A stretch of 64,000 nt of DNA from Flectonema sp. DT1601 (Eukaryota): NCBI GenBank assembly GCA_964019425.1, contig OZ025796.1, positions 868,001 to 932,000 on the forward strand, written 5' to 3'. Position 1 is the stretch's first letter; each line of letters opens with the position of its first letter. Under the pieces are notes generated by a model, which was given only the letters and a program-made list of their open reading frames with translations, had not been told where the DNA came from and made no database searches. The position numbers were made by a program, and so were the translations under genes. Shown here piece by piece: positions 49,256-60,912 of this stretch.

Positions 49256-51444
49256 GCACAAGTTGAGATATTTTCTTGGGAAGAAGTTACAAAGATGGAA
49301 ACACATATGCAATAAAAGTACCGACTTTCATTTAATAATTACGCTTAATGTTTTGTTCGTGCAAGAAACCGTGAACCGACTTAAAACCGAGATAGCTAAC
49401 GCGCAGCTAAAGGAGCTTTTACGCATGCTTCGCCAACATCCAACATATATTTTAGCTCTTACAATACTTGTTAATTGAAAAAAAAAAGAAAGGCAAAAAA
49501 AAAAACAGCTCGTGCGTTTTAAGGGCGGTTCAACCTTGATTTTATTTATCTACGTATTTTTTTTTTTTTAAAAAAAAAAATAATTTGAAGGGGAAAAAAA
49601 GAAAAATAAAGAGAGAAGTTTCTAGTGTCACTCAGCTATTGAACTCGAGGCACGCAATAGATAATCAATCAAATCGCGATGCCAAAAGAATTCTATGCTC
49701 TAGATAACAGAGAATAGTAATGGGCTAATTTGTAACTTCTTTTTACAAAAACATTGGTAAAAAGATTTTGAAAAAAAAAAAAAAAAAAATAATTTGAAAT
49801 AATTGAATTGCTGACACAACAAATGTGATAAAAATACTGAATGATCAAGTGACACCGACTCCGTAATTTTTTTAGTTTTTTTAGTTTTTTTAATACACCC
49901 CCCGTTCACTCGAATTGCAAAACGATTAAATCGCCCATGCTCTAAAATTAGGTCATGTGAAGAGAACAAACAAAGAAACTAGTAGTAATATTCAATATTT
50001 CCCTTTTAAACTAAGAGCAGCACGATTCCGTTTTATACGGCAAGTAAAATGAACATTATTTTTTAACAAAGACAAAAAATCTGCAAGATTTATATCGGTT
50101 TCAAGCTGTAGTAGATATGAGAAGAACACACCAGAGCTGTTGCTGTATTTTTAAGTTCAATAATTGCGATTGAACAGACCAGCATCCGATTGAGCTTGCA
50201 GTTGGTTTAACGCTAACATTACCAGGTTAAATATTAGAAAAGATTATTCCATTTTTTTCTTTTTTTTCACTTTTTTTTTAAAAGGAGGTGAAAGGCAGGT
50301 ACGGCAGGAGAGTAAACCTTCGAAACTTAGCATTTTTATGCCAACGTTGTCGAAAACTATTCAGAAGCCTTCATTGTGACATTTTTTTTTTTGTCTCAAG
50401 CATAAGGCTGCAGTAATCCACGGCCATAGTGCTTGAGTCCAGGAAAGCTTTTTTATTCTGAAAAAAAAGGATTTTTAAAAAACAAAATAAATAAACAAAA
50501 TAAATAAAATAAAATAAAATAACTATTTTCATTAAGATTACTAAAGTACGTAAAAAACGTTTTATTAATTTCGTTCTCTTTTTTTTTTCTTTGTAAACGG
50601 AGACTATGTCACCTTGGAATAAAAAAGTAAAAACCACCTTCGAGACAAACAAAAAGAATCGGCACCTCACTAAATAATTCTCACACCTTGTTTTTGTTTG
50701 TGCGCAACCGGAAACAAGCCTATAAAGTAAGGGTGTTAACGTTACGCTGCCACAATTCTCTTTCGCTCGTAAAACATGTCTTCGAGATGAAAAAAAAAGG
50801 AACGAATTGGCATCTCTCTCTCAGGTTAAATTGTTTTTGCAACGTAAATACTATGATAACATAGAGGGGGAAGACTGTTTGATTAGGTTCATACGAATAT
50901 AAGTCTCTGTATTGTATCAGAATTCAATAATAAAATTAAAAAACTCATGACACAGTGACTAATAGAGGGGGTGTTGTATGTTCGATTTTGTACAAATTAC
51001 AACTGTGTTGTATCATAAAAACATAAAGATAATTTAACATTAGTTTTAGATACAGTGACTAAGGGTGATGGGAGTTCTGGGAGGGGTAATCACGAAATGG
51101 AAGAAGGAAAAAAAAAAAAAAAAAATTTAATTCTTTCTAAATTTTCCATAAATATTCCGCCGAACACAAAAAAACAAAAGATTTTTGTTTTGTTTTGTTT
51201 TGTTACCATAATCACAATTCACTACCTTATCTTTAAAGGCTAGGAAGTGAGTCTTCCTTCATTTACTAATCATTGATGAATTATAGCAAATTGCGGATTA
51301 AAAGCTGTTACTGCAGCTATAGTAGGGAAATCACAAATAAATAAATCAATTAAGGTAAGGGCTAGGTAATATTAGTTTTAGTTTGGGAAAAACTGAATTA
51401 CAAAATAAAGATGAACTCGAAATAAAGAAATATTAAAGTAAATA

Positions 51445-51567
51445 AAAAGTATTCATTTCCACAGTTTCCTAACATCTAGGACAATAGAATATGTAGTTCA
51501 GACATTAATCTTACACTACTTGTACCTTTTAGACCTTCATCAGTAAGTTCCAGGGATTTTCATTCTA
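51445..51567 (-). mobile_element. Repeat family A copy with decayed hammerhead-like motif
   Basis: Minus strand reads AACTTA CTGATGA AGGTC TAAAA GGTAC AA GTAG TG TAAG ATTAA TGTCT GAA CTAC. CTGATGA is intact, but the triplet is GTG and GAAA is shortened to GAA. Confidence 0.75.
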
Positions 51568-51852
51568 TGTTTGAGATTCCAGTAAAAAAAATCATCGGCT
51601 CAATTTAAACTTAATGTCCTCAACGTCTGCGAGACTAAAGTTCATCATAGCAATCGTCATCCATTTTGCGTTTAATTTTTTTCTCATCATACACTATCAG
51701 TATCAGTGGTATCATATTCGAGGGTGTCATTGCGACGTCCCCACTAATGATCTGATCAACTAAGCTAAGGTTAGTCAGTTAGCCCAAAACTGATGACTGC
51801 GAGGAGTCTGGGTAACCCGCACCAGAAGAGGACCCAATCAAGGAGATTGAGC

Positions 51853-52125
51853 TTTTATGGCTTTGGCTGGGAGGATCAATTCCCAGCTGTCCACCTTGCC
51901 CAGAAAGTAACAGGTTGAAAAAACGAAAAAAAAAGAAAGATGAAATGATACGAGGGGGGAATGGAGGGAGATGTGAAGAAATAAAAAAACTTTTTTTTTT
52001 TTTTTTTTTTTTTTTTCTATTCAGTACTTTAAAAAAACCTTTCTTTTTCATGAAATACATGTCATAAAAAAATGCCGCCACCCCACGAAAGAAAATAATA
52101 ATAATAAAACCTGGAACATGATCCA
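51853..52125. repeat. Dispersed repeat family C, copy 2
   Basis: See 46010-46240. Confidence 0.6.
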
Positions 52126-53335
52126 GGCCATTCACCCCGATAGCCCCCCAATGTACTGATATTGTAAGGGACTACCGAAGGTTTTCAAAAGACATAAATT
52201 GGGTGCAACATGAATAACTACACCAATCTGTAAAGGAACAACAGAATAATAGGGAAGCTTAAATGAGATAGGTAATTTTAGGTTTTAATTGCTTAGGACC
52301 AATCAAATCTAAAAAGTAGATGAAAAAAAAAAAGATATATAAAAAAAAAAAAAAAAACGCAACGAAAAAAACATGAATGGGGGAAAATACGAATTAATGA
52401 TTACAAAATGCAAAGCCACTCAAAGAACGATACCCCAGTCAGAACAGGGCAATGAGGCGACAAAAATAAAAGCCATCTGGTTCTAAGAGATTGTTTTTTG
52501 TGCGCAGAATTTAATCTGCGCACATATTGAGGTAGAGTGGATTTCCTCGGTTAGATTGTTGAGAAAAACATACCAACACATACACACACACGAGACGTAC
52601 AATCCTCAAGAAGGTTTTTAATTCATTCGTAGATTAAAAAACCTTCTACGACGTGATTGTTACCTTACATTTTCTGGCAGAGACAGATAACCAGTCAGCA
52701 TAAATAATTACTTTCACACAATAAATGATCCTACGGCTCATATAACTCTTGTTTAAAAGAAATTGACAGCCATGGAAGCAAGTCTGATTTAAAAAAAAAA
52801 AAAAAAACAAGAATAAAAATTATTTTCCTCAGAGATATTGTATGTGTATAAAAAACCTCGATAAAAAAAACAGTCCATTTCGTTTACAAAATAATATCAA
52901 AAAAGCAAGCCAACAGAGAGCCTCAAAAGAATTACCAAATAGAGGACACCATAAAAAAGAATGGTAATACTTAACATGAAAAAGGTGGGGTCTTTTTTTC
53001 CTTTTTGTTTCCTTTTTTAAAATTTCCTTTTTTTTTTTTTTCATTTCTTTCCCAATGCGGTGTTTGAGATATATAAGGTTTTTTCACTAAGTGCCGTTAC
53101 ATACTCCTACTCAGTATTTCATTCTGCTATTTCTCAGTCTGCCCAGAGCACTTGTTGACGCTTTGGGCAGTAAAGAAAAAGAGCAATATTCCGGCAGTAC
53201 AAGCGATGCGCAGAAAACGGGGGTGGCCTCCTCCGGAGGCGACTCGTTTTGTCTTGCATCCGCAAGTAGTGCACTTTTGAAAGAAATTCTAATATAAGGG
53301 TATACGTTAGCAATTGAGTGTAAGCTTTAATATCA

Positions 53336-53719
53336 TCAGCATTTGAGCTTTGTTGAGGATTCTTTAATCCTAACAGCATTATGCCCCACAGCATAGGGAC
53401 AATGACGGTATCTGTCACCGCTGCTATCACCTGCTGCAAAAACAGGACCTTGTAGAAAATAACGTTTTACTTCAGTCTTCAGGTGATAAACCCAAAAATC
53501 TAATTCCCTGCGGCTAGGATCTCGTTTTAGCTGATGCAGCATCTGTTCAACAACATAAAGTATTGTTTTGATGGGAGTATAAAATGAGATTCTGCTAAGC
53601 TGTTCCTCCACTGAAGTTACAATTCGACGTCTCCAATTAACCTTAACTTCTGGATGAATAGTTTTCACCTTTGCGCATACGAGCTTCTGAAGGTTGTGTA
53701 TCTCCGATGCTTCAATCAT
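53336..53719 (-). CDS. Orphan family short form B2 (127 aa, start MIEASE)
   Basis: Full-length similarity to the 120-aa ORFs; TTTGTACAG acceptor shortly upstream of the ATG. Confidence 0.72.
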   Translation of the reverse strand: MIEASEIHNLQKLVCAKVKTIHPEVKVNWRRRIVTSVEEQLSRISFYTPIKTILYVVEQMLHQLKRDPSRRELDFWVYHLKTEVKRYFLQGPVFAAGDSSGDRYRHCPYAVGHNAVRIKESSTKLKC

Positions 53720-54039
53720 ATTACGTGGCAGGGGAGGAAAATCTGTACAAACGATAACTTTAATGTGCAATTAATTTTTTTAATCTCAGCATCTAGATCC
53801 TCTACCTCATCACATCAACTATGAATAATAAATCCTAACATAGAGAAAGTAATATAAACAATAAAACAATGGAATAACGAACCGTAAAGAAAAAAGTGAT
53901 TAACAACAGATTTGTTTTCACACACTCTGTGCTGCAGGTAACACATGTACACAGAGGTATTTAATTAATCTTTTATTCCTCTCGTTGTTTTTTTCTAATT
54001 TTTATTTCCTTTTTTTTTTTTTGTTTTTCCCGCAATACC

Positions 54040-54680
54040 TACCAATGCTTCAGGGGTGGGATGGAATGACTCAATCAAGAAATGACTGCAGGTTGTTAGC
54101 TGCTGATCGCGGCGAATCCCGCCGCGACCTGCAGCCAACAAGCTGCAGATCAACTCAACTAGTGATTGGGTAGTGTTTCGTATTTCATCATGAACAGTTT
54201 TCTTTTCTTTTTTTCTTTCCTTTCGAATTTTACTCTCCCTTTTTCGCAACACCTACCGCAGGGGTGATTTGGGTAAATAAATCAAGGTTAACACGGGATG
54301 GGGGAATAACTAATCAAGAAATGCTGACTAACTATACAAAACATACATTTATATATAGTTTGGCAGGGTGACGGCAGAATTCCGAGGAGTCTACCCCTTC
54401 GGATCCGCCGCGACCAGCCGATAACCTGCAGATATCATGAACAGTTTTCTTTTCATTTTTATATTTTTTTTTTTTTTTCATCGTTTTCCTTTCCTTCCGA
54501 ATTTTACTATCCCTCTTTCACACGTGTGGTGAGTGGCAGAATAATCCAAGAAATGCTGACTAACTATACATACATACATATATATATAGTAGGCTGCTGG
54601 CGGCGCAGAATTCGGAGGAGTCTGCCCCTCCGAATTGCGACCACCAGCTAACTTGCAAACTCGCAGATAACTCGACCATA
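54040..54680. repeat. Three diverged ~235-bp tandem units, each with a GC-rich hairpin
   Basis: aat(c)caagaaatg at 54073, 54312 and 54543; tcatgaacagttttcttt at 54188 and 54435; hairpins at 54086-54148, 54372-54410 and 54596-54649. Confidence 0.75.
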
Positions 54681-54761
54681 GAGTGGGTAATTGAATTCTG
54701 AAATTAAGTCTTCACACAAAAAGGATTCTCTTAAAATAAAAGCAAGTAAAAAAGGGATTGT

Positions 54762-54857
54762 CTTCTTTTTAGTAGGATGCTGTTGCCGACTCGTGAATTG
54801 AACCTTCGCTTGAAGTTACAATTCACGATTGAGCAACAGCATCCTACTAAAAAGAAG
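54762..54857. repeat. 96-nt near-perfect inverted repeat (hairpin) downstream of gene A2
   Basis: Perfect 25-bp arms 54762-54786/54833-54857, then 10 bp 54791-54800/54819-54828, a short bulged stem and a 4-nt loop. Confidence 0.9.
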
Positions 54858-54956
54858 TTTCCTATACAAATAAAAAAAAATTGAAAATAGAATTGCAAAA
54901 ATAACAAATTACTCCCACCATTCCAACCTAACTAAAGTACCTTGCAGGGAAGTCAC

Positions 54957-55862
54957 TCAACTGAGATAATGACCTGAAGGAAGACTTGGTTGTTGTGGAA
55001 CGTGTGGAGACGAAGATTGTTTTTCCCAACGAATAGTATCCGTAGTAGAGTACGGGTTGTGGGTGTAAACACCAGTGCATTGAATAGATTCCTCGATAGC
55101 TCTAAAGGGAAATTGACGTAACCTCGCTAAAACGTATGGAGTCTGCTCCCTCTTCCAATTGTCCAGATTCCGCCTGAAAGCTGCGTCATCCTCAAGGAAA
55201 ACAATCCATGAGGGAGGAAGTAATGTTTTGAGACAATCTGCTTTTAAAAAAGCAAGTTGCGGAGGAACGCTGAAGTCTTCACTACCTGCTGAGATCTCCC
55301 ACTTTCTAAATAAATCTCTAACAACATCACAACGACTGTCATTAGTCATTTGTCCACTGCATTGATAATAGAATAATCTAATGTTCCAGGTACTTTGGAT
55401 TATTGTCCAATCAGAATTGTCAGCTCTGATTTCACCATTCATAGGAAGTATTGATTTCAGTGATGTTTTTGTTCCCTCACTGTTGAATCCAAGATTAGTA
55501 AGGATGCACCACATAGTGTTTGCTCTGTGAATGTGACTAGAGTTTTCCTCAACTCCGTCACATATTCTCAAGACCTCAGCTGCTGCTTCAGTATTTTCTG
55601 TTAAGGTGGAACGAAGTTCATACTTCTGCCGCAATGATTCCTTAAGAAGATGCAACCAACTCTCAAAGACTTTGATACTCGGGGTTTCAGGTAATTTCTG
55701 AACTTCATTTTCCAAAATCCGACGAATATCATGAAGACAAGGGAAGTGCTTGATCTTTGTAAGTAGATCTGTGATCGCTTTAGCGTTGCGCGTTGTTTTC
55801 TTATTCGTCACCTTAGATAGAATACTAAGCACAACTGAACCTAATTCTCCAATGCAGCTCAT
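54957..55862 (-). CDS. Orphan family long form A2 (301 aa, start MSCIGE)
   Basis: Paralog of 33432-34574; TTTTTTTCCTTCAG acceptor upstream of the ATG. Confidence 0.8.
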   Translation of the reverse strand: MSCIGELGSVVLSILSKVTNKKTTRNAKAITDLLTKIKHFPCLHDIRRILENEVQKLPETPSIKVFESWLHLLKESLRQKYELRSTLTENTEAAAEVLRICDGVEENSSHIHRANTMWCILTNLGFNSEGTKTSLKSILPMNGEIRADNSDWTIIQSTWNIRLFYYQCSGQMTNDSRCDVVRDLFRKWEISAGSEDFSVPPQLAFLKADCLKTLLPPSWIVFLEDDAAFRRNLDNWKREQTPYVLARLRQFPFRAIEESIQCTGVYTHNPYSTTDTIRWEKQSSSPHVPQQPSLPSGHYLS

Positions 55863-56443
55863 TGTTAGATGTTGACAGCTACTCCCCTGAAGGAAAAAAA
55901 ATAACTTCTTTATAAGCAACACAACAACGAATTCTCAGGTAATAATCTGCCTTCATCACGAATTTGATTTTTTTTAAAACTACTCGAAAAGAAGAAGAAA
56001 AAACGATAAATACAAAGCAAGCATAATTATTGTTAATAAATAAGTAGCTTCCCCTTTCCTCTGTCTCTTCTTCTTTTTTTTTTTTTTTTTTTTTTGGCAG
56101 CATACAAGATCATCTTTTTTGCTTGCCCCAGTCCTTTTCAATTGTAGTTGAGAAAGGCAGGGAGTGCAGCCTCGGTGTTACTTGAGGACCGCTTTTTAAT
56201 TATTACAACGAATAAAATAAAATAAAAAAAATCAACACAAAAAATAATAATAACAATGGCAAGGCAGCCATCGATTAATCTAAAACTCGTCAATAGAGAA
56301 AGAACAGGGAAGGTAAGCTTCTTATCACTATATCTATTCTTTCTCATATTCCATGCTCTGTTCAAACATACAATCTGATGACAGAAGCAGTCTCAGTTGT
56401 CGTAGTCGCGGTGATCACTTCCCATCGTTATCTGTTGAAGCTA

Positions 56444-57181
56444 TTATAACTTACTGCGGATTTGATCAGGAGCCTGCTTCTCAGTTGCACCAGCTGCTGG
56501 TTCACGTGACCTTGCAGCTGCACGAGATAGTAGATAAGCTCCTAACAATCCGACAGTACCCACACCTGCAGCAGATAATTGGATTTCTGGTGTTGATGTT
56601 TCTTTCTTAGCTTTAGGAAGTGGTGTAGATTTCTTTGATTCTTCCAAAACGATTTCATCCTTTTCTTCTTCTGCTGGTGGAGCAGCTTCAGCTGCAACTT
56701 CCAATGGAGTGACAGGTGTTGGTTCCTCTACCGACTTTTCTTCTTGTGGTTTCACTTCTTCAGCTGGAGCTTTCTCTGGTACTTCAATTTCCTTAGGAAG
56801 GCTCACAGGTGACTTTGGTTTTGGGGATTCAACTGGAGCTGCTTTTTGCTCCGCCACGGGAGTTGCTTTTACCTCTTCTTTCTCAGCAGGTTTTACTGAT
56901 TCCGGTTTTGGTTTTGCATCCTCGACTGAAGCTTTTGCCTCCTCCTTAACTGCTTCCTTCTCTACTGGAGCTGGTGGAACAGGGTCTTCTTCAAGGACAG
57001 GTGCTTTCTCGATCTTTACAGGGACCTCCTTTACCGTCTCCTTTACAATTGGTGCTGGGGATGTTACTGTAGGGGTTGGGGTTGGGACAGCTATTGGCTC
57101 GGTTTTAGTGGCTTCAGCTGGCTTGCCTCCGTTGCGCTTGCCTCCTGCTCCACCTCTTCGATTATTGCGACCTCCTCCCAT
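56444..57181 (-). CDS. Pro/Ala/Glu/Lys-rich low-complexity protein with a C-terminal hydrophobic (possible tail-anchor) segment
   Basis: 245-aa ORF with hydrophobic stretch LSAAGVGTVGLLGAYLL. A possible 23-nt GTAAGT...CAG intron (56454-56432) would alter only the last residues. Confidence 0.7.
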   Translation of the reverse strand: MGGGRNNRRGGAGGKRNGGKPAEATKTEPIAVPTPTPTVTSPAPIVKETVKEVPVKIEKAPVLEEDPVPPAPVEKEAVKEEAKASVEDAKPKPESVKPAEKEEVKATPVAEQKAAPVESPKPKSPVSLPKEIEVPEKAPAEEVKPQEEKSVEEPTPVTPLEVAAEAAPPAEEEKDEIVLEESKKSTPLPKAKKETSTPEIQLSAAGVGTVGLLGAYLLSRAAARSREPAAGATEKQAPDQIRSKL

Positions 57182-57486
57182 TGTTGTTGTTGTTTATCTG
57201 GTAAGGTGAGAGATACTTCTTTTTGACAACAAATCTCTTATTCTAACTATTCTTTTTATCACTTACCAACACATCTTTGAGATCTTTCTGTGATTGTGTA
57301 AAGTGATAATAACACACAATACTTTAAAGATCCTTTATTGTTGTCCTTATTTAATTTTCCTTTTTAAAAAGCTTTTTACTGGAATGCCGTCAGTCGGGTC
57401 TACCTTACCTTCCTTCAAGCGCATAATTACCGAATAAGGCACTACTATGTGCCTGTGAAGGGAATACTAGCACCAAGGGTTTCGCA

Positions 57487-57525
<39 letters not shown>

Positions 57526-58375
57526 TTCATACCGCAACTAAATATAAAGCAACTTGAAACTGGCTAAAGTAAAATAAGGTTCGGCCAAAACCTAGTTGCC
57601 ATATGTAATGAAGACCAAGTTGGTAATTGATAAAACCCAAGGGGGGTTACCCGCATAAGCATATTTATAATGATATAAATACAATGTATCGTATCAAAGT
57701 AAAACTAATATAAGCTTTTTAATAATTTATGACAGAGAATGAACATATAAAGCTAATGTTTGCAAATAGGTAAATACTCTGCAAATGTCAAAAAAAATGA
57801 CTTTTAATTGTTAAAATAATTGTGAGGCAGAGTATAGGTTTTTACCTATTAATTACTTGTCGAAACTTAAAGTCTATTAAAAAAATAGTTTTGTGGGGAG
57901 AAAAAGGGGGATGAAAAAAAAAAAAAAAATAGGTCAGGTTCGCTTTCAATAACGAAACATTTTTTTAATAATGCTTAATAAATGCTTTTTTCAATTTTTT
58001 TTCAATCGCAAAAAAAATATTTTAAAAAAAAAAAAAAAAGAGAGAAGAAAATATAATTTTCCTCTAGTGGACTGGGCCGCACTTTAAGACCAGCCAAAAA
58101 AGAAACTTCAAATAGTTTTTTTTAAAAAAAGCAATCTAAACGATTACCAATAACAGTAATGATTGGATGCTGTGAGAAAAGCGTCAGAGGAATCTGAGCC
58201 TAACAAACCAAACAGGCAAGTAAGAAAGTATTCCCTCGCTAATAAATGAAAACAGATTGTTAGGACAAAGAAAAAGGACAAAGTAGATCGATTGATAACT
58301 ACTTTTTAAAAACTAATTATGATAAGTATCAAAACAAACCACAAATAGAAACAATAATAACTAACCAGACAAAGT

Positions 58376-60309
58376 TTATTCTCCAAGAGAAGCCTCCATG
58401 AAAAGCAATTGATCGATGTCTTTCCAGAGATGAAGTGATTCCTGTGGAATTATTGCTTCAAGAGATCCCATGAATGTTTTGCAACCAGGATCAACAGCAG
58501 GAGAAGCATTCTTTATCAGAGCATAAGCCTTATCAAATACTGGCTTGCTCAATGCTTCTTCCAGTGAAGTGTAGAGAGCCGATGTGCGAGATTCGATGTG
58601 AAAAACTGTTTCTGATTCAGATTCTAATTCCTCTTCGTCTTCTTCATCAGCGATAAGACCAGGGGATAGTAATTCTGTTTGTTGTGGTAGACCTTGATCT
58701 TCTGATAATTTATGAATCCTTCCAACACATTCTCCAATCTGTTTTCGGTATGACGCAACTTGCTCCTCGAGTTCATCAATCATCCCATCGACGTTACCCT
58801 CACCATCTGTTTGACGTGATGGTTTTCCAATTGAAGGTTTTGATAATCTAGGAGAAGCACCTTTATGATATTGATTAAACTCTGCTTGTTTTGCTTCAAC
58901 ACGTTCTCCAACACTTTTAACACGAGCCCTCTCCAAAGCTGCTAATCGGTCGGCTTCCTCGCGAGCTATCCGTTCACTCTTCTTTCTCAAGACTCTATCT
59001 TTTGCTGACATACTTGATGCTTCAGAAGGTACTCGCTGTTGTCGGGGTTGTTGCTGTCGGGGTTGTTGCTGTTGCTGTTGTTGTTGTTGTTGTTGTTGTT
59101 GCTGCTTTTGAGGGTAAATCTTCTCGCTTCCCTTTCTCTGTACCTGCAGCGCGTCATCAATTTGTCGACTGATCTGCCTTCTTCCACTGTCAGCATCTTC
59201 CTTCAGCTTTGCGATTAACATTTCAGTTTCAACCATCATTTCATGACTTACCTATTTTGTTATATTATTCGGATTACTGATGTCGTTTTTTTTATTATAG
59301 CCTAGCTAACTCTCACTCGGGAGAGGACAAGAGAACAAACCTGTAAAGCCTCCATTTCTCCCTTAATACTTCCGTCTGTTTTTTCGATTGATTTTTCCGG
59401 TCTGTTTTCCTTATTCTTAAGGATGCCGAGGGACACTAATTGCTCTTGAAGGATTGCTCTTTCCTCTGACTCTTCTTCGTCGTTACGTTTTGATAAGACT
59501 TCGAAAACACGTGATGCGTGTTTACGTACCATCGGTGTTTGTAATATCGAGTCTGCTGTTGGTCTTTTTGTTGGATGCTTGTTAAGCATTTTAGTTACGA
59601 GAGAAGTAAAATTTTTTGAATATCTTCTATTGACTGGTGGGTAAGATGCTCTTAAAATCTTCATCACTAAGGAATTCAAATCCTTCGACTCGAAGGCATG
59701 CTTTAGATTCGCCAATTCATAAGCTACGCATCCTGCAGCCCAAATATCGGATGAGAAGCTGTACGGATCACCATTACAGACTTCTGGTGACATATACATA
59801 GGAGTGCCTATGGATGTAGATGCCATATCTTGACTCTTGTCAAGGACTTTGGCTATTCCTAAATCACCTAAGGCCACACATCCATCTTCAAGTATAAATA
59901 TATTCTGAGCTTTAACATCTCTGTGAAGCACTCTTCTAACGTGCATGTATTGCAGTGCTAACAGAATTTGAGAAACAATAAATAAAATATGATCTTCGGA
60001 AAAGTATTGTTGGCTTCCTTGTTTGTCGTGTATCATATTTGATAAGTCACCCCCTTTATAATACCTCATAACAATGCACATATCCTCACCGTTATATAAA
60101 AAAGAATCCCAATAGTAAGTAAGACACGGATGAATTAATCGCTGCATCAGCTGAACTTCCAATTTAGCCTGTCCTCTCTCTCTCTCACTTAAATCAACCA
60201 ACGGAATACGTTTTAGTACTACTTCTTTATTATTTTCAATGTCTATAACACGGAATACACTTCCATAGCTTCCTTTTCCGATCTTCTTTTGTATTTTATA
60301 TCTTTCCAT
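58376..60309 (-). CDS. NIMA-related (NEK) Ser/Thr kinase, ~614 aa; exons 60309-59341 and 59251-58376
   Basis: GKGSYG, VVLKRI, HRDVKAQNIF, DLG, IGTPMYMSPE, SDIWAAGC. An 89-nt GT-AG intron (59340-59252) joins in frame to a coiled-coil/polyQ tail. Confidence 0.93.
59039..59105 (-). repeat. Coding (CAA/CAG)n polyglutamine tract in the NEK tail
   Basis: Encodes QQQQQQQQQQQQQQPRQQQPRQQ. Confidence 0.9.
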
Positions 60310-60912
60310 GTTGTTATTGGTTTTTTTTTTTTTTTTTTTCCCTGTTAAATGAAATTTGAATTTTGGAACAATTTTTTTTCAAAAAAAAATTAACCGGATT
60401 TTCAATTTTTTTCTTCACTTCCATGACGTTTTCCTGTGAAAAAATGAGAAAGCTTAAAAATGGGGGAAAAAAGCCACATACACACCGGTCACATGTACAC
60501 TCTTTGTAATTCAGGCAGCAGAGTTGTCTGCGAGCTGCGTAAAGAGATTGAGACTGAATAAGAAACCTCTCACAAAAAAATAGAAGTAAATTATTGGTTC
60601 AAAGTAAAGAGTTACGATGTGTTGAAAAGGTTATCGTCCAAACTCTTTGAATAAAAGAAAAGCAGAAACTCATGAATTCTCCCTTGACCTAGTCTAATAC
60701 AGAGCAGCACTTCTTACCACGTAACATATAAACAATAACAGCGCGAGTGCTTTCGGACATCAATAGGAACTGCAGTTTGCTCCACAAACTAAGCAGGGGA
60801 TGCAAACAAAGCTCAGAAAAAAAAAAAGAAAGGAAAATGAACTGAACAAAAGACATGTTGACAATAAACAATTTTTGAAAAAACTAAATAAAAAAAAGAA
60901 GAAGAAAACAGT

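Noticed and set aside
54795..54804. Minus-strand GGTTCAATTC resembling a tRNA T-loop/B-box
   Set aside because: No T-stem pairing or cloverleaf; it lies inside the long inverted repeat.
59246..59253. AG|GTAAGT at the NEK exon 2 start as a recursive splice site
   Set aside because: The exon reads in frame as a sensible coiled coil, and AG|GT is a common exon-start context.
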